64,000 bases of DNA from Callorhinchus milii (lineage: Eukaryota), in the NCBI RefSeq assembly GCF_018977255.1, contig NW_024704742.1, forward strand, positions 42,410,001 through 42,474,000, in the 5' to 3' direction. Under the pieces are notes generated by a model. The model made no database searches and had not been told where the DNA came from. It worked only from the letters and a program-made list of their open reading frames with translations. The translations under genes were made by a program, and so were the position numbers. This document shows, one piece after another, positions 22,816 through 35,322 of this stretch; the first letter of the stretch is position 1, and each line of letters opens with the position of its first letter.

Positions 22816-24039
22816 CTTAAGAAAAAAGGATAATAATCCAATTGAGAGTAAATGTATTGACTTTAGCAGGCATGCCAATCCTATTCCCACTGGCCAGTAA
22901 ATTCTCTGACTTTGACAATGAGCATGTACTACAATATCCCCAAATGTGTAATGAGTTCTTGACATTTGGTAACATTCCAGATAATGTAAACACAGTGCAG
23001 GAAAATGTCCCCAGACTAGCAGCTGTAATTCAGAGATGCTGTTTATAGAATTGCTGCTTCATTGTTAGGTAAATGTCAGCCATTTCACCTGTTACGGTTT
23101 CATACACACTGGAAAATTATTATTTTTATTATTATTTATTATTGTTCGTTCACATGTCTTTGCTAATTTATCCATCTTAATAGTCCGACCCCATTATACC
23201 GCAGCTGATGTGGTCCATAAAATGAGATTACAACTTGTAAGAGTGCATGTGTAATATGGTCACTTGGAAACAGAGTGTCAAAGTCATCACTGATGTCTAG
23301 AAGTTCTATGTGTCCACATATAGTGTGCAGGACGCTGGCCAATCAATATCAGAAGCAGTAAGTATATTCACACTTCAGTATTCTGTGAATTCAGTGTTCC
23401 TATGTTATACAAACCCACAGTACATTGAAGTACACTATAATGGGGTTTGATTGTATTACTAATATTGACTTGTTTCATTTTCCATGTCTTGAGACATTCC
23501 AAAACAGTGGGTTGCAACAAGCAACCTAAGGGGTAAACAATGTCATGTCTGTTCTATTCCCAGAGCAGAAAACAAACACTTTCCAGTTTCTTTAGTATTT
23601 CCAGCTTAACAGTCCATGAAGGTTAAAGGGAGAATTCAAAGTCCATTTGCTTCTGCTCAAGATATATCAAGGGCAAGTGAAGCATTAATGAGATTGTTAC
23701 ATAGCCAGCACTGTGTACAGCTTCTAAAAATTGAAGGTCGCCCAATGTAAATGCATAAATTAGAAGCGAAAGGAAGGTATCACTGCTCCATATATTCATC
23801 AAACAGCCAAAAGGATGACAATGGATTATTCAGAGTGGAGTTTGAGTTTCAGAAATGGGGCTGTGAACTTGGGGTTTATTGGGGTCATGGGCTTTATATC
23901 CAGAGGGTTATAATAATAATAATGATCCTTGTATTTGATATAGTGATATAGATATAGATTTATTACATTGTAGAGACATCTCAAAGCACTTCACACGATA
24001 AAGTGGATTGACTGTGTATTCTGTAGGTGAAAATAAAAT

Positions 24040-24185
24040 AGGTGATGTTGAATTTATACAAAACCTTGGTTAGCTCGTTGGAGTATCGTTTCCAATTCTG
24101 GTCTCCACACAATAAGAAGGATATAGTAGTAATGGAAAGAGTACAGCAGAGATTTACAAGGATGATACCAGGGCTGACAGGTATT
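24040..24185 (+). mobile_element. CR1 ORF2 internal fragment
   Basis: LYTKTLV..LEY...FWSPH.KKDIVVMERVQQRFTRMIPGL (read across frameshifts). Confidence 0.78.
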
Positions 24186-24627
24186 GGTATTGTTTGCCTT
24201 TTACTTTTCCAATGATTATGCTTGTGTCTACAATAAGCTCATCTCAATATATTTTCAATATAACATACAGTACTTGTTATATATCAAGAGATTGCAGAAT
24301 TCACCATACAGGTATGGATGAGAATCAACCATGTAGAATGATATTCAGTTTGTTTAAGATGTTTGAATTGCTCATAATTTCCATTGAAAGCAATACTGCA
24401 AATGACTTATTGGATTTTTTTCTTTGCAGCATGTGATCAGAAATGAAAAAAAGTCAAAATGATGAACTATTTAAGTTCAATAGAGTCATGAACATAAGTC
24501 ACTTACCATCAATCTCATGTTTCTCTGAATATCAATAGAGTTAATGTTATAAAACTGAAATATGATACAATATGTATGATGTCAAGTAAAGCTAAAACAT
24601 TTCCACAATCCTGCACAATCCACAAGC

Positions 24628-25025
24628 TACAGCCTGACTCAATTGGTAGCACTCTTGTCTCTGAGACAGAAGCTATGGATTTAAGGCTCACATTGGGACT
24701 TTAAACTCATATTTTAGGCTGACACTACAATGCAGTGCTGGGGGAGCACTGCATCATCGGAGGTGCTATCCTTTGGATGAGACATTAAATTGAGGTTCCC
24801 ATCTTGTCCCTGTTCAGGTGGACATTGAGGATCTTATGACACTACTCGAAAAGAGAAAGATGTTCCTCCAGATGAAATTTATCATTGATCTCATAGCTGT
24901 ATATGAGACATTGTGCAAATTGGCTCCCCCATTAGCCTACAAATACACAGTCACTACACTTTATGGTAATAATCCTGTGGATTGAGATGCTTGAATAAGA
25001 TGCTATAATAAAACAGTTATTATTA
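24628..25025 (+). mobile_element. DeuSINE, near full length
   Basis: Head GACTCAATTGGTAGCACTCTTG; Deu domain GCTGACACTACAATGCAGTGCTGGGGGAGCACTGCATCATCGGAGGTGCTATCCTTTGGATGAGACATTAAA...CAGGTGGAC; 3' AAATTGGCT...; TTATTATTA tail. Confidence 0.88.
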
Positions 25026-26311
25026 CAATAAATAGTCATTTCACCGAAACTTTGTGAAGCATATTGATCTTGACATTTGATATGTGTGTATCAAACACAA
25101 GGATTACTTTTTGAATCGCAAATTTTAAGACAAAATGGTATCATGGGGCTTAGAAGAGGTAGCATTTCAAGTGTTTTAGATAATGCTCAAAATTTCAGGG
25201 CTCTGACCTGAATATCACAAAAGGCAACTCCTTCAATTTCCATAATTGTTAGCCAGTTTCTCTATAGTCAGTCTCTGTCTTTGATTGATGTGCTGTCAAT
25301 TCATTCATATGACAATAACAGTAACCTCGCTGATGATTTTAGTTGCATTTAATTAAATCACTTTTTATTCTGTATTAATCTGAGCTCCATATTGATTATT
25401 TGAAGCATTCAACTTCAGGTACGTCTTCAGAGACCTCTAGTTAGCAGATCTTCTACGAGGGACATTTGAGGAAATGTGACAATATATTTTTGGAATATAC
25501 TTTCATCAGAACATTAAATTGCACATGAATAGAAAAGGACAATTGTGGCTAGTGCCTATACCTGCCCAGAAACTTTGAGATTGCACACTTTGACATTTTG
25601 CAGAACTCTGCAAAATGCGTGTTCATGTGTTCTGATAAAATATAATAATTTTTGTATTTGATAAAGTACATCAGAAATATGAAAACCTTTAGACTAAGAA
25701 AGTAAAGTAAAACTATTTAAAGAAAATGCTGACCAGTACCTTAAGGTTTGTATCTCTTCAAATAATTTGCTATAGTCAAGAAGAGAATTAAAAAGATCAA
25801 ACTGTTACTTGAAAAATCTCTGCTGATACATTTCCGGGATGTTTGAGCAGAAGGAAAACCTTATAAAAGTGTCACATAGTTTTGTAAAATATTTATGCAA
25901 AATGAGAAATGTCTATCTTTTATTTAAACTACAGTGTGAAAGTTCTGCGCCAGATGCCATTTACTGGAGGAGTTATCATTCATGATAAAATGAGCAGTTC
26001 TGTGATTTTTAGCATTCTTCAAGTTGATGTGCTATACGCATTGTCATTAAATCTAGAAACCTAAATTTTAAAAAATAAATAATGGCACCAAAGTTCTCTC
26101 GAAGAGGGCTTTGCTGGAAATGTATATCACCGAAAAGACAAACAGAAATGTTGGCTTGTATTCGCCTAGAAAAAGACAAATTACCCTAGTTTTCTTCCAT
26201 AGAAACCACAGCCCTAATGGCAATGAAACATGACTTGGATTTCTAAAATTCTCACAGCTCAGTGCCGCAATAGAGCAAATATGATCAGAAGTATTTCTGG
26301 TGTCTAACAAG

Positions 26312-26335
26312 TGCCGCCAGATGGCAGCACGTGAC
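26312..26335 (+). promoter_or_regulatory. Predicted CTCF site overlapping a CACGTG(AC) E-box
   Basis: TGCCGCCAGATGGCAGCAC fits the CTCF core CCRSYAGRKGGCRSY. CACGTGAC at 26328-26335. Lies in a ~2.4-kb block without recognisable TEs. Confidence 0.55.
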
Positions 26336-27519
26336 TTCTTTTTGAAAACAAATTTATTCTGTGTTGAAACACTAATTAGCAGAAATTTGGGGCTGATAAA
26401 TAGCTTCACTATTTTAACCAGTTAAATACACCTCAGTTGTGTTTTCCAGTGAGAGTTTTATTTCATTTTGGTTGTGAATTTAAAGGTTTTTTCCAGAATT
26501 TGCAAACACGCACACACACACATATTCAATCAATAGAAACACGTTTTCACTCGTCTCCATTTCTGTTTCATATTAACTAAGAGAAAATGTCCATGATTTT
26601 CTCTATTTCACGCAATAGTTGTCTAACTGAAGTATTTGTAATTGCAGTCATTTAAAGTTCCACAAACACTCACAAAGTGTAATGGGAAAATCATGGGATT
26701 GATAGTTTGAAAGGATGAGATCAAATAGATCTTCTTCATCCATACCTCTTCATACCAATTAGTTTTCTCCTCACCTATAGCTTCTGCTGTGCTACATAGT
26801 ATTGTCCAGTCCAGACACATCTGCAAATAGTGCTATGTAACAAGGTGTATTAATCTGCAATAGAATAGCCCAGGGCTCTTAAAATTTCCTGCCTTTCTTG
26901 TTTGGCCTCAACTTCCATTTAGCACCTATTTGATTACCAGGTCATGTTCTGCCACTTATAACAAGAGTACTTCAGAAACAACTTGTTTGCAAAATGAAAC
27001 ATGCCCCCAATGCAACGTTCTCTGAGCCAGATTCCATCTGCATAACCAATTCAACAGGAGAAAGGCCGTGCGTTTCTAAAACTAATCACAAAGCCTCCAC
27101 AGGCACAGATTCTTCCCTAATGACTCATTACTTTAGCATAAGGTCACTGTACATGGATTATTAATTTATCGTTTCCCAAACAAGTTCAGAAGTGGAAGAA
27201 GATTCACGTGTTGAAATTAATTTATATAATGTTTAAACCTTTGGATTGAATTGCAAAAACAAAACAAGCAACAAAAAGCAAAATATAATTGATTAATAGG
27301 ATTCATTAACTCAGTTTACACATTCCTAGAAAGCCAGTGCTGACTGATATTTAACAGAACCTTACAATAAAGCAATCAGTTGAGTATACATAAACAGAAA
27401 TAACAAAATCTGTTTATTAATCTGGTTTATTTATTTTTGATATATATTGTGCAGTTAATGATTCAGCAATTATGTAGATTTCTGAGCTCTTTACAGAAAA
27501 CCCCTATAAAATGTTGCAA

Positions 27520-27719
27520 CTATGTGTTTGTAGCTGTACATAGCAGCCAATTTGCACACAAACAGCCATGAGGTGAATGACCTTATCTTTTCAAATAGCG
27601 TCATGGGACCTTTAACATCCACCTGAACGCTAAAATGGAACTTCAGTTTAACATCTCTTCAAAAGAGTGGTACCTCTGATAATACAGTCTTCCTCCTGGA
27701 CTGTGAGTTCAAAGTGCTG
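27520..27719 (-). mobile_element. DeuSINE remnant truncated by the adjacent L2
   Basis: GCAGCCAATTTGCAC...AATAGCGTCATGGGACCTTTAACATCCACCTGAAC...GTTTAACATCTC. Confidence 0.78.
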
Positions 27720-28123
27720 ACAACAACAACAAAATTACATTTGTAAAGTACCTTTCACATTGGGAGGACCTCGCAAGGTGCTGAACAGTCAGGGATTAGG
27801 ACCCGAGCGTGGGGGGGCAGGGTTGGGATGAGGGAGGGCAGAGGGGGTAGGAGGGCAGCTGAAGGCACAGTCAAAAAGGAGGGCCTTGAGTTGTGCCTTG
27901 AAGGAGGCAAGAGAGGGAGCAAGGCAAAGAGATTGTGGGATGGAGTTCCAAAGATTGGGGGCAGAGAGGTTAAAAGCCCGGCCACTGATGGTAGGGCGGG
28001 TTGGGCAGGAGAACTGGAGCAGTCCGGAGCTTGATGAGTGGAGGGAGTGGACAGGTTGATAGGGGTCCGCAGGTCAGAGGGGTAGGAGGGGACAAGGCCA
28101 TGGGGGGCCTTGAAAGTGAGGAT
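27720..28123 (-). mobile_element. L2 3' fragment
   Basis: ILTFKAPHGLVPSYPSDL... C-terminus, stem-loop and (TTG)n tail. Confidence 0.9.
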
Positions 28124-28582
28124 TGGTACACTGCACACTATTCTCTGTAGATATTCTAGATAGTTTCCTTTCAGTTCTATGAAAGGTAGGGCAGCCCTTG
28201 CTTTGTGATTGTTTGGTTGGCAGCTAAGTGGCAGCACCACCCTGCCCATCAAAATCACCATTCTTGACTGACTTGCAACAATCTCCGAAAAATGAAAGGC
28301 TTCTACAGTGGTAACCGAGAGTTTCAGTCTATACACCTTTTGTAAATCAAATAGTCCTCCTGCCATGAGTGGAATAAGAATAATAAGAATATTAAGCAGC
28401 ATTAATGCAATAGTTTTGCACTTTTCATGACACACCAATTGTACAGATTGAGAAATGATGGGATGCGAACTACGACAGCACATCAAAGATTACCCTCTGC
28501 AGGTCAGTGTAGGTGTATCTCTAAATTAGGAATAGATGCTGAATCGTGGCTATATGCCTGAGTCTGTGCTGGTTCAACACAA

Positions 28583-28690
28583 AAATAATAATAATAATAA
28601 TCCTTGCATTTGATATAGAGCTTTATCACGTCTTCAAGACGCCTCAAAGCGCGTCACAGAATATACTGTGAAGTGAATTGACTGTATGTT
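28583..28690 (-). mobile_element. tRNA-Ala SINE 3' fragment
   Basis: (TAA)n CCTTGCATTTGATATAG...GTGAATTGACTGTA. Confidence 0.85.
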
Positions 28691-28918
28691 TTGATCTTAT
28701 AGTGAAAAGATCAGTACACATTAGCAACATCGAATTGACAAAACACTGCATTATATGAGGCCCTATTAATCACTACAACTTTTATTGAGCAACAATCTAC
28801 TTGATCGCCTGGAAATAACAGAGCCAGCCTTTTTAATAGAGCTAGCCATATTTTTCACAAATTATTTGTGATAGATTGTCATTGTTTGGAATATTTTGTT
28901 TCTTTATTCAAAATGGTT

Positions 28919-29202
28919 GGAGATATGTCCTGTAGCTCAATGGTTAGAGCACTCGGCTCGCAAGCGATTCCCAGCAGGGCAAAACCTTAGGCAAGTTTTG
29001 TTATTCCACATGCCTGATAATTATCCCTCAAGAAAAAGAAACAACAATCCACGACTGTTTGTGGGACACTGCTGTGCGCAATTGGCTGCCGCATTTCGCC
29101 CCAAAGTATAGTCAAATCACTTCACAGTATCTTCTGTGAAGAGCTTTGAGACGTCTAGACATGAAAAGCATTATATCAAGTGCAAGGATTATTATTATTA
29201 TT
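28919..29202 (+). mobile_element. tRNA-Ala SINE, short subfamily, with small deletions
   Basis: GTCCTGTAGCTCAATGGTTAGAGCACTCGGCTCGCAAGCGA...CCACATGCCTGATAATTATCCCTC...GCAAGGATTATTATT. Confidence 0.88.
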
Positions 29203-30329
29203 AAAATCATTGCTGGTGTCGGTCAATTGTTGCCTTTTTCACATAAAAATGTTCACTTTCATTTCTAAGAAATTACATTTTGTAAATAGCTTCAAGGTGT
29301 TTATTGTATTTTGACTGTTGCTAGGTATCAAAACAAGTTTTTATTGCCTTAAAATCTCAGTTGATCTTAAAGAACTGTAGTAAAAAAAACTTGTAAATTA
29401 AGATTGAATTTAAGGCAATGATCTTAAGTCTTCGAATGTGAGAAATGTTAGCAATGAGTCACGGGTACCTTTAATCATAAATTAGGAGGGAAAAATATGA
29501 TACGTGAGGTGATAATTATCATCAGTCATAATTATCAAATTGTCATTACCTACCTCCCCATAGAATTAAAAAATATTGTATTGTTTTAGCTGTATGTACT
29601 ATCCTTTTCAGCCTTTAAACACCAGTAGTGCATATTCCAGAGGAACTTGAATTTGTTTTAGCTGACTTTTACTTTCAAGTTCTTTAAACAACAGGGGAAA
29701 AATCAGTACAGGGACTCTGCTACTGCTGTATGAAATGCAACATGTTCTGAAGGTTAGCCTTAAAGGTGAGTTTGGAGAGCATGAATCTAATTAAGAGTTT
29801 TGTCTATTTAGCTGCTCCCAAGACTGCAAATACGTTCTCAGACATGTAAATGCTAATACATTATGTAAAGTTTGTGCAGTTCATATTATTCATAATTTAG
29901 CTTCTGCGTAGGTTTATCAGAGCCTTGAGAGTGTTTGTACTATTAGAACAAAATATTGAACAGCCAGATCTCAAAACTATTTACATTTCAAAGGACGTGT
30001 ATATTGATTGAAGAAAGTCCCTGCAAAATATATGGGGAATAAAACCTACAGTAGAGTTGCCTTAAAATGTGGAGTCACTAAAAGCTATCAGGTTATGGCT
30101 CTCTGCAGAGCAATAAATTAGTTTGTGGCTCTCTGCTCGACAAGCAAACCTGTCTATTTGATGGACTATACATTATAATTTAAATCTCCTTGCTGGCATT
30201 GCCATTACCTCCAACTCCTTGCATTTGGGAACTATACAGGCTGATGGCTGGCTACTAATAGCAAAAGAGGGGAGGTAATACCTGCACTCTATTTCTTCCA
30301 CTCAGCGAGCAACAGCCTATATCCCCCGG

Positions 30330-30615
30330 CCTATCCACCTGTCCGGTGGGCGAGTTTTCAGCCATTCCTCCCCCACTCTCTAGAACTCCATCCTGGAGTC
30401 CCTCCATTTCACCCCCCACCCTCCCTACTTTTAAAGCCCACCTAATGACTTGATCTTTTTAACCATTCTTTCAGTTATTTATGCCCCACTGAAACCCTAC
30501 TCTACTCCCCTCCCGCCCCCCCAACTTAGGTGCCCAATCATCTGTGTAAAGGACATTTCACATCATCTTCCTGACTTAAAAGGTTCTATATACATGTAAA
30601 CTATTATTGTTATTG
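30330..30615 (+). mobile_element. Old L2 3' fragment
   Basis: GGTGGGCGAGTTTTCAGCC...CTCTAGAACTCCATCC...TTTAAAGCCCACCT...TTATTGTTATTG. Confidence 0.72.
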
Positions 30616-31084
30616 TGCTTTGCTTCTTAACCAAGGTAAAATTACTCATTTTCCACTATCTAACGGCAATATTTTATTATGAAAGCAGTCTGGCATCCTT
30701 TCAGTAACAGTGATCTGGAGCAGAACATCACAGCTGTACAGCGCAAACCAGAATGGCTCTTGTTTAGAACTGAGATCAAGGAAAGCAAAGCTCTGCAAGG
30801 ATACAATGCTCCCATACATAATAATAATGAAAATAATTCTAACACTGCTTTAGTGCCTTTCATGTCAGGAGAACCTCCCAAAGCATTTCACAGGCTTTTC
30901 TGTAAAGTCTAGCAACTGTGAGTTTTTAACGGGTGAATGCAGCAGCTAATTTGCGTAGAGCAATGTTCCAGAAGCAACCATGAAGTGAGTAACTCTCTGG
31001 GCGATTGTTAGCCAAGACGTAGTGCAGAATATTCTAGGTATCCAATCTTATTTATTAACATTTACCTATTTATTTGTTACCTAT

Positions 31085-31747
31085 TCTGCCTTCCCCCACC
31101 TCCGCAACATTGCCCGCCTTCACCACTATCTCTCCCCTCAGGCAGCTGAAACCCTCGTTCACGCTTTTACTACTTCCAGGCTTGATTTCGTTAACTCCAT
31201 GCTGATCGAACTTACCAACATTTCCCTCCACAAACTGCAGATTATTCAGAAATCTGCCGCTTGTGTTCTCTCCCGCACTAAGCTTTGTGAACTGAACACC
31301 CCCATCCTTACTTGGCTTCACTGGCTCCCCATTGCCCAGAAGATCGAGTTCAAGATCCTTGTCCTCACCTTTAAAGCCCTCCATGGTTTTGCTCCTCCCT
31401 ACCTCTGTGACCTATTAGAACTTCACCAACCTAGCCGCTCCCTCTGCTCTGCAGGCACTGGTCTGCTCCACGTCCCCGCATTGCTTGCTCCACTTTTGGC
31501 GGTCGGTCCTTTAGCCTTTCTACCCCCACCTTCTGAAACTCGATCCCAGAAACTCCTTTGCCTCACTCGCTTCCTTACCTCCTTCAAGATCTGTCTGAAG
31601 ACCTTCCTCTTTAACTATACCTTGGGTCATCCTCCCACCTCCACCCCACTTCCCTCCACCGCCCTGATCCCAACCCACAGCTCAGGTGCAAACCTCTCAT
31701 TATCCAGCGCCTGAGTGAAAGGCACTTATCAATGCAATTTGTTATTG
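31085..31747 (+). mobile_element. L2 3' fragment
   Basis: [33 protein letters not shown]...LHWLPIAQKIEFKILVLTFKALHG. Confidence 0.92.
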
Positions 31748-32087
31748 CCATTTAAGACCCAGGAGTGCAACTATACAAAAGCATTAAAAGGCTTTTTTTT
31801 TCAGTTCGTTTGGAATCAGTCACAGAATAACTGGAGTTCTACAGATTTTCGTCAATAACTTTCTGGAAGATTCAAAATCGTTTCAACACCATTTAAACAG
31901 GAATTACATCGTACTTTAAGCATCAATTCAGAAACCATTGAATCGGTGTTAAAAACATGATCTAACTAAGGCACTAATAGGTATTGTTTCCTTATTCAGT
32001 CACACGTCTTTCCATTGTTACTTCATACTGTACTGCAAATGTGGTGGTTCTGCCACTTGATTAAAGGTCTCACTTGTACCCTGACGA

Positions 32088-32515
32088 TAACAACAACTTG
32101 CATTTATATAGTGTCTTCATGCAGTTTGTGTTTCAGAGCATGTCTTCCAGGGCCTTGGGACGTCCTCCCAACGTGAAAGGCGCTATACAAATATAATTTT
32201 GTATTGTAATTTTGTATTGTATTGTAACAATGGAAGAACTTCATGCTGAGCCGGGGAGAGGGGGGAGGTGACTGTATGCACGGTCAAAGAGGAACATCTT
32301 CAAATGCAATCTGAAGTTGGGCAATGAGGGGACAAGGTAGAGGGACAGAGGCAGAAAGTTCCAAAGTTTCAGGATGCAGTGGTTGAAAGTACGGCCAACA
32401 ATGATGGAGCCGAGGGGACGAGGCTCGTGTAGAAGGCTGGAGACAGCTGAGCGAAGGTGGCGGGTCATGGAGTGGGGTGAAGCAGGTAGAAGAGGTAGTG
32501 ACGTGCTAGGGCATT
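32088..32515 (-). mobile_element. L2 3' fragment interrupted by an opposite-strand L2 tail (32140-32226, +)
   Basis: Minus-strand LWNFLP...FRLHLK.FLFDRAY with (CAA)n at 32088. The plus-strand insert is GCCTTGGGACGTCCTCCCAACGTGAAAGGCGCTATAC...(TTGTA)n. Confidence 0.78.
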
Positions 32516-35039
32516 ACTGAATGGTTTATTTATCCTTAGAATATGTTTCTTGAATGTTCAGTGACTCTTCCTCTTGTTGGTGAGATTGTGCAGTTCATAC
32601 TAAGAAGTGAATAACTAAAAAAGATCTTGGTGACAAAATAAGCACAACTACAGCTTAGGTCGGCCCCACTCTGTCACTCTGCTCTGCTCTCCATGACTCA
32701 GTTCCTGTTTGTGTCTATAAATAAAGTAAAGTCAGACAGACGCAATCACCTTTCTGGATATCATCACTTCTATCTAACCTCACTGACCCTCTCTCTTTCA
32801 GAGAACGTCACAATCTCTCATTTATACATCCAGTTCATACAGATCTTTGTCCCCTTACTGCATTTCTGATCCAACATTATTCTCTCTGGCTGGCTTTTCT
32901 CTTTCACACCATGTTATGATCTCTATCTTGTCTCTGCACACAGCCAATATAACTGGACCATCTTATTCTTTCTACTATTGTTCTCTTCTCAGTCTGTCTA
33001 TTCTATTCTCTGTCTTGAGCTGCCGATTAGCTTGTTCCTTTCACGCTCACTGCCACCACCTGCGAGAATTTCTGCTGTTATCTTCTGCTTCTAACTACCT
33101 GTCTCTCAAGCCTGTCCATTCATCCATTTGACTCTCACTCAAACTGCCACTTGCCTTTTCAGAGGACCTTGCAATCAAAATAGGCTTAATGGCCTCCTTC
33201 TATGCTTTAAATGTTTATGTTTCTACCGTTTGTCCCACTTTTCTACACTCTGCCAAATGGTCTTTCTTTTCTCTCCTCTGTCTCCTAAACCTGGCCTAAC
33301 TCTGTTATGTTTCATTTATCTTAAATGTATCATTAAATGTAACGGTGAATGAACAAGAAATAAGCTTGATGTTTTCTGCTCCAAATATTATTCTTGTGGG
33401 AGCTGAGGAGAGCTCTGTACATGTGCAAGTAAGTAAAGGTTCAGAACACCACAAACCAGCATCAGATACTTGTCGGTGTTTTATTATTCTTGAAGGACTG
33501 ATGGCAGGACAGATTATTTATGACATTAAAAAGCAGCAAGGCTGTCCAACTAGGCAAGCAATTTACAATTGTCTACAAAAAATACAGTCAACATACTTTA
33601 CAGTAAATCCTGTGAAACACTTTGAGACATCTTCCCAGCTTGAATGGTGCTTTATCAAATGCAAGAATTATTGTTATTTTTAAAGTTTAAACGTTCTGCT
33701 CAAATTAGCTCAACACTAACCTGATAAATACAGTACTGCAGTTGATTAATTGATTCCATTGCGCTTCTAAAGGGCGGTTTCAGGAACCGGAGTGATTCAA
33801 TGCATTTTAAATTTGATTTATGCTGCACCTTTAATGTCAATCCAATGCGAAAACAGCATAGAATGAGCGTTAAGAGTGCAGAATAAATGGGACATTAGCC
33901 TCATCACTATTGATCCCATCTCCCTGGCTCTGCATTTTATTCCTATATTCCTCGCTTGCACATATCAGCAACCACATCAAAATTAATCTCCAAAGGAATA
34001 GAAGCAAATGCATACGAAAGATAAAGAGTGTGAAAGCCATGAGTTGGAGTCTGAGTAAAGTAAAGCAGAACACAATACAAGCCACTGTGCCATTTAATTC
34101 TGTTCACTGGAAGTAAAACTAAAGTAAATACCATACTATATTTTGAAGCTGTTTTTCTGTAATTCATAAAAGAGGTTTACAGAACACAGCTTTAAAGTTA
34201 AGGCTATATTTATTAATTTGTCAAATGTTGGATGGTCTGAATTGTTACGTTAATAGTGTAAATCTAGATCCAGGTGGAATTTTAAAGTTACCTGATATGT
34301 TCAAAACGCAATACAATAGTTAATTGCTGGTAAATTGGTTTCCCAATAGACAACATTATAAAGGGAAGACCAGATCAATCACAATGAAGCAGTGATTGCA
34401 AAAGTGATCAAGTACTGCTGGTCCAAAACTCCACCTAGTCTTAAGAGACTAATCCTGTGTGCCCAATATGCCTTAAAAATTTAAGATTGCGCAGAATTAT
34501 AGAAAATTCTTAAATTCAGCCTTAAATTAGAAGCAGGTCTCTTTTATATGAAATGCAAAAAAATACAGCTTCTTAATTAAGGTTGAAGTTATGTGTTCTC
34601 CACAATGCTACACTATTTAAAGACAAAATGGTTTCACAGACTAGGAATAGGTGGAATCTCAATCTTTGTATTACACAGTCGGCTTGGTTTGAATGTGTTT
34701 CATTCTCATTTTATAACATGAGCTTGAAAGCTTTGAAAAGAAATCATTTGACAAAATCAATAACTCGGCAGCAATTCAAAGGCTCTAATAGCATTTTTTT
34801 CTAATACAGATTTTTAGGTTTGTGTATGTGCCTTCGAATCACGTCAGAAAATCCATTTCTACAAAGTTTGTTGAAGTCTAGTCAGCTGTGCTTGTTCCTC
34901 AGGTTAGAACTCCTGACCTGACACCAGCCATGTGGCAATCTGAAACCTACTGATTCAGCCCTGTCCTCTGGAGCCCTTTCCTCAAAATGACTTTAATTTG
35001 CTGCCTCTATCTCAATGCTTTTAAGCCATTTAAAATAAT

Positions 35040-35322
35040 GGGAGTAAAATTTGCAGTATTCCTTGAATCGTCCTTAACTTATTTAAAAACAAAAGCAGAT
35101 GGCAGATACCTCTTCAGGTAAGTAGGTTGTTCCTCTCAGGGTTCTAGTGCCACCATTTTCTTGGACCTTGCGGCAAGTGATTTTATTTTACATTGGGCTC
35201 TCCTTCTTTTAATGATTGGCACTAGACCTAACATGTTTAGTGGAGTGCCAGGTGCTAGCATTCTTCCAAATGTTTCTAAAACAAGTTAAGGTGCATTTTA
35301 AGGGGTACTGCAAATTTATCCC
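35040..35322. mobile_element. Foldback MITE-like non-autonomous DNA transposon remnant
   Basis: Imperfect ~45-nt terminal inverted repeats (GGG..AAATTTGCAGTATTCCTT...CCTTAACTT / AAGTTAAGG...AAGGGGTACTGCAAATTTATCCC) plus inner IR TCTAGTGCCA (35143-35152) / TGGCACTAGA (35217-35226). Confidence 0.7.
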
